Assembly (NCBI GenBank): GCA_028524385.1
Contig: GCA_028524385.1_3661.2
DNA: 52,202 bases
Reading direction: 5' to 3' (one strand)
Source of the DNA: a phage
Positions 51,627-52,202 of this stretch are shown here, one piece after another. Below the pieces are notes generated by a model. That model was not told the DNA's origin. It was given only the letters and a program-made list of their open reading frames with translations, and searched no databases. Positions within the stretch are counted from its first letter, which is position 1; each line of letters opens with the position of its first letter. Made by a program: the position numbers and the translations under genes.

Positions 51627-52202
51627 ACAAGTTTTTCTCCTCTTTGTCAAGTGCTGCATGAAAAATTTACAATCTGGTATGGTAGCATTTTTGCGGCCCC
51701 GTTTACATTCAGTGATGTATGTATAAGCCTTGTTGTGTGGGCGTTTAGACGTCTAGACGGTTGGAAGTCCACAGGTCAATATCTAATCTATCGGCTGCTA
51801 ACTATATCCCACACAAATAGTAAGAAATATAATTGTTATGCGTGTAAACAGTAACTCATGTTATCAATCCCTGTATGTGTCGCCAGTGGTGCGCATAATG
51901 GGTATTATGTTAAATTGCCCGTAATGATAATGGTTCTCACAATGATATGTATTCTCATTCCCCCACACAAAATAGATTGCAAATGTTGTGCCACTATGTG
52001 AACGGCCTCACCTATTAATTTGCCTCACTGCCTCGATATTTGAGAATTGTTATAAGAATGAGAAGTATTCCCATTTCGTCCGCCTGGCAGCACTCCAGTC
52101 GCTACGGCTCATAACAGGGCAGAACCAGTCCTATTCAGATATTTCTGGCTGGCTATTCAGGTCTGTGTGGGAAAAGCCAACCCCTCCGGCGGCGGGGAGG
52201 GG

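Noticed and set aside
51588-51854. 88-aa ORF in the terminal non-coding region
   Set aside because: Starts at GTG inside the phased TGTCA repeats, no SD, Cys/Leu-rich repetitive translation; more likely an artefact of the repeat DNA.
50640-52202. tRNA genes in the non-coding regions
   Set aside because: Scanned 39555-40789 and 50640-52202 by eye for T-loop (GTTCRANYC) and D-loop patterns with flanking acceptor stems; none found. A dedicated tRNA search could still detect atypical tRNAs.

Overview
The window is a 52.2-kb segment of a virulent tailed dsDNA phage genome, read from sequence and the ORF track only (no database searches run). Promoters match the sigma70 consensus (TTGACA / TATAAT-like, 16-18 nt spacing), suggesting a Gammaproteobacterial host using host RNA polymerase. 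No capsid, terminase, tRNA, rRNA or CRISPR was recognised, so this is part of a larger genome. Layout: (1) 1-6.7 kb, two tail fiber genes on + (the first truncated by the window edge, the second 1878 aa). (2) 6.7-13.8 kb, a leftward block with a HAD phosphatase, four tandem small paralogs, a vWA/HExxH protein and an HNH-endonuclease-like fusion ORF. (3) 13.8-31.6 kb, a rightward replication module: MoxR-like AAA+ ATPase, secreted SleB-like hydrolase, GHKL ATPase, SF1B helicase, C5-methyltransferase-like protein, primase-helicase and a T7-like family A DNA polymerase. (4) 31.6-39.5 kb, small genes including an SSB-like protein and a macrodomain protein. (5) 39.5-40.8 kb, a 1.2-kb non-coding hub with direct repeats and GC-rich elements. 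(6) 40.8-50.6 kb, about 25 small early-type genes, each with its own promoter, a 5'-proximal hairpin, a CA-rich leader and a strong SD. (7) 50.6-52.2 kb, a non-coding iteron-rich region. The best-supported unusual feature is the DNA polymerase gene, which is interrupted twice: by an intein carrying a LAGLIDADG endonuclease and by an ORF-less group I intron that splits motif C. Other leads are a 29-bp perfect inverted repeat joining two gene starts beside the HNH ORF, a 48-nt intergenic hairpin element present in three identical copies plus one structure-preserving variant, a family of GC-rich elements, and candidate anti-defence genes (macrodomain, C5-MTase-like). Most small proteins have no recognisable function. 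Coordinates of short motifs may be off by 1-2 nt.
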